Of a DNA stretch of 64,000 nucleotides, positions 61,639 through 64,000 are shown in pieces. The stretch is taken from assembly GCA_028534125.1 (NCBI GenBank), contig CM052816.1, positions 74,588,001-74,652,000 of the forward strand, written 5' to 3'. The translations under genes and the position numbers were made by a program. This stretch comes from Lama glama (taxonomy: Eukaryota). The notes under the pieces are model-generated. The model saw nothing but the letters and a program-made list of their open reading frames with translations, was not told where the DNA came from and searched no databases. The stretch's first letter is position 1; every line of letters begins with the position of its first letter.

Positions 61639-63769
61639 ATGGCTGGAAAATGATAAAAGCAGGATAAAAGCAGGATTTGAACAATGGTCTCAAAGGCCCA
61701 TGACTGGTCCACTTATCGTGCTGCCCCCCTCAAAGAGGGAGATGCAGTCAGTTTGAACTTCAAAAGTCTAGACCATCACCCGTGTTAAGACGGTGGGACT
61801 TGTTTATCAAGCCTCTAGCCCAGCAAGCAAACCCAGAGAAGTAGCCCATCCATCTCCCTGTGCGAGCATTGTACTCAGTCTTTCAATTTCTTCTTAACCT
61901 TGACTACAGGCTCATAATATATAAAACTGATTCAAATTTTTGATGATTATACTACAAATTCCCCTGTCCACATGTCACACCAGGGAGCAAAAGTTTAGTA
62001 AAAACCTTTGAAATACACAGTGACAACTGGGATTTAGCCTTTGAAACTGAAGTATTAACAAGCAGATAATTTATTATTATGTTAGATGTAGTCAAAAGAC
62101 TAATTTATTAGTGCCAGAAAGCAGGTATTTGGTGGTGTGATTTATATAGCTCCTCGTTTGGCAATTTTTCTTTTCAAGTTAGACATTACTGAAGAGGAAG
62201 TAAAAGCAGCCTCTTCTAAGCAGAAATTTGCATTGAGTTTGAACAAATAGGAGTTAAAACTTGTATTAATAAGTAACCCCTAAGAGACTTATCTTGAAAC
62301 CAACATAAAAAACTTCAAAGTGCATACTAATTCAAAAAAATTAAGTGCATACTAGCGCATACTAATTCAAAAGTGCATACTAATTCAAAAAAATTACAAC
62401 TCCTAAATTTTTTTTTATAAATCTTTAAATAGAGTAGGAGAGATTATAGCACTCAGAGCATCTACCCCTCACTATCTTCCTAAGATTACCGTTTAGGAGT
62501 TCATACTGGTTTTGTATGTGCCAAGCAGAGAACTTTGTGAGAACGCTGTTTTAAAATAAAGATTTTATTCCACAATATGAAAAACAAAGTTTCTTGGGCA
62601 GCTAATGTATTTACTGGGGAAGATTATACTTCCTGCCTTTTCCTGAATGTTGTCATTGTTGAACTCATGACAGTAATTATATATAGCACTAGTTATAATA
62701 CGTATACACAAACACATCACATACATACATGTTCACATTTATATAAACATCTATGTTTGTATATACTTACATACACACACGCACACACACACAGGGACTG
62801 AAATCAAAGAGTGTGGATCCATTTTGAATTTTTAACTTTTAAAGGCTGCCACTTTTGCCATAAAATAGGATAATTATTTATGACCAGCACACAATCACAC
62901 ATGGGACAATGAAAGGCTCAACTTATAATTTAAACTGCTTTGCAGAGAAGCGACACTATGCCCTCATTTCCCTCCCGCTCCCAATAAATCTTTTCCTGAA
63001 AGTTAGCATGAGTTATGTGAGGGCAGATTCATGTCACGTGCCAACTTATTGCAGAGGTTGAGCACATACAAGCAACCTTTCAGTGCCAAAGAGTAGACAT
63101 GGCTTCAACAAGAGAAATTAATCCATCACGTTTTCCATTCACAGTGGAAAGAGCTCAGCAGCTGAGACAGCATGGAAGGCGACTTTGCCGGGAACCAGTA
63201 GGAAACCGAAATCAACTTCCAGTCAGGGTTTCAGAGAGAAATTCTCATCGCCCAATCAGTCTAACAATTTTTGACGGGATTAAATCTCTCAAATGGAAAA
63301 ATCTCCATGGATTCCTTTTTAAAGCAAAAGAATGTTCATCTTATACTCTGCATCACAATTAATACATCATGCTTAAGACACACATGGGCATTTTCTACGG
63401 TTGATGAAATACATTTATTATCACACTGAATCCTAGAAATGCCCCTGTGGACTGAGGTCAGATATATTTTATAATCTCTATTTTCCCAACAAGGAAACTG
63501 GGGCACAGAGGCCCAGGGTCATGTGGTTAATAAGTAATTTGCTTGGGTTACCACTGCCATTTTTAAGGTGGCAAATACAGCAATAAGCTTAATTTAAAGA
63601 TTTTTGCAGCTGCATGGAATTTAGTAATCTACCACGGGTAGACAACATCAATAGACAGTAACATATTCAGTAAAATAACTGGAGGAACTAGGAAAAAATA
63701 TATTTAACATACAATAGTGTGCCATGTCATCAAAAACAATACACACTTGAATTTAGCAGAACTGCTGAT

Positions 63770-63985
63770 AGAGGTCTGGTTACACAGGTTAATGGATTTC
63801 ACCTAACCCAGCTTTGATATATGGGGCATCAAATAACTGCATTGAGCCTCATTGTTCCTCATCTATAAAACAGGAATAATAACATCTAGTTCACAGGAGA
63901 GTTGTGAGGAATGAGTTAGAGATTTATGAGAATTACCTGGAATGCTTCTGGCAGATAAAGTGCCCATAAATGCTGTTTTTATTAT
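63770..63985 (+). mobile_element. MIR
   Basis: TGAGCCTCATTGTTCCTCATCTATAAAACAGGAATAATAAC..GTTGTGAGGA..AAGTGCCCATAAATG. Confidence 0.85.
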
Positions 63986-64000
63986 TGTCATCATATATAC

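Noticed and set aside
62317..62396. CRISPR-like or other prokaryotic repeat array
   Set aside because: Mammalian DNA; irregular units with no unique spacers

Overview
Mammalian non-coding genomic DNA (AT-rich, CpG-depleted, no CpG island), either intergenic or deep inside a large intron. It is most likely camelid (alpaca/vicuna/camel): it carries three tRNA-Ala-derived short SINEs of the camelid vic-1 type and many cetartiodactyl-type LINE-1 3' ends. I could not identify any protein-coding exon, RNA gene or host gene. The ORF track is explained by decayed L1 ORF2 fragments, other repeats, N-gaps and chance. The window is a layered repeat landscape (young L1 3' ends, old L1M, L2, MIR, L3/CR1, MLT1 and ERVL LTRs, Tigger/MER DNA transposons, microsatellites) with two 500-N assembly gaps. 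I found no convincing novel biological system. The best observations are modest: a clean twin-primed 5'-inverted L1, L1 insertions with candidate short 3' transductions, an unnamed ~180-bp repeat present twice, several local micro-duplications, and an apparent excess of GTCACGTG/M-box motifs in candidate regulatory patches. Repeat family names come from recalled consensus sequences, not a database search, and boundaries of old repeats are approximate.
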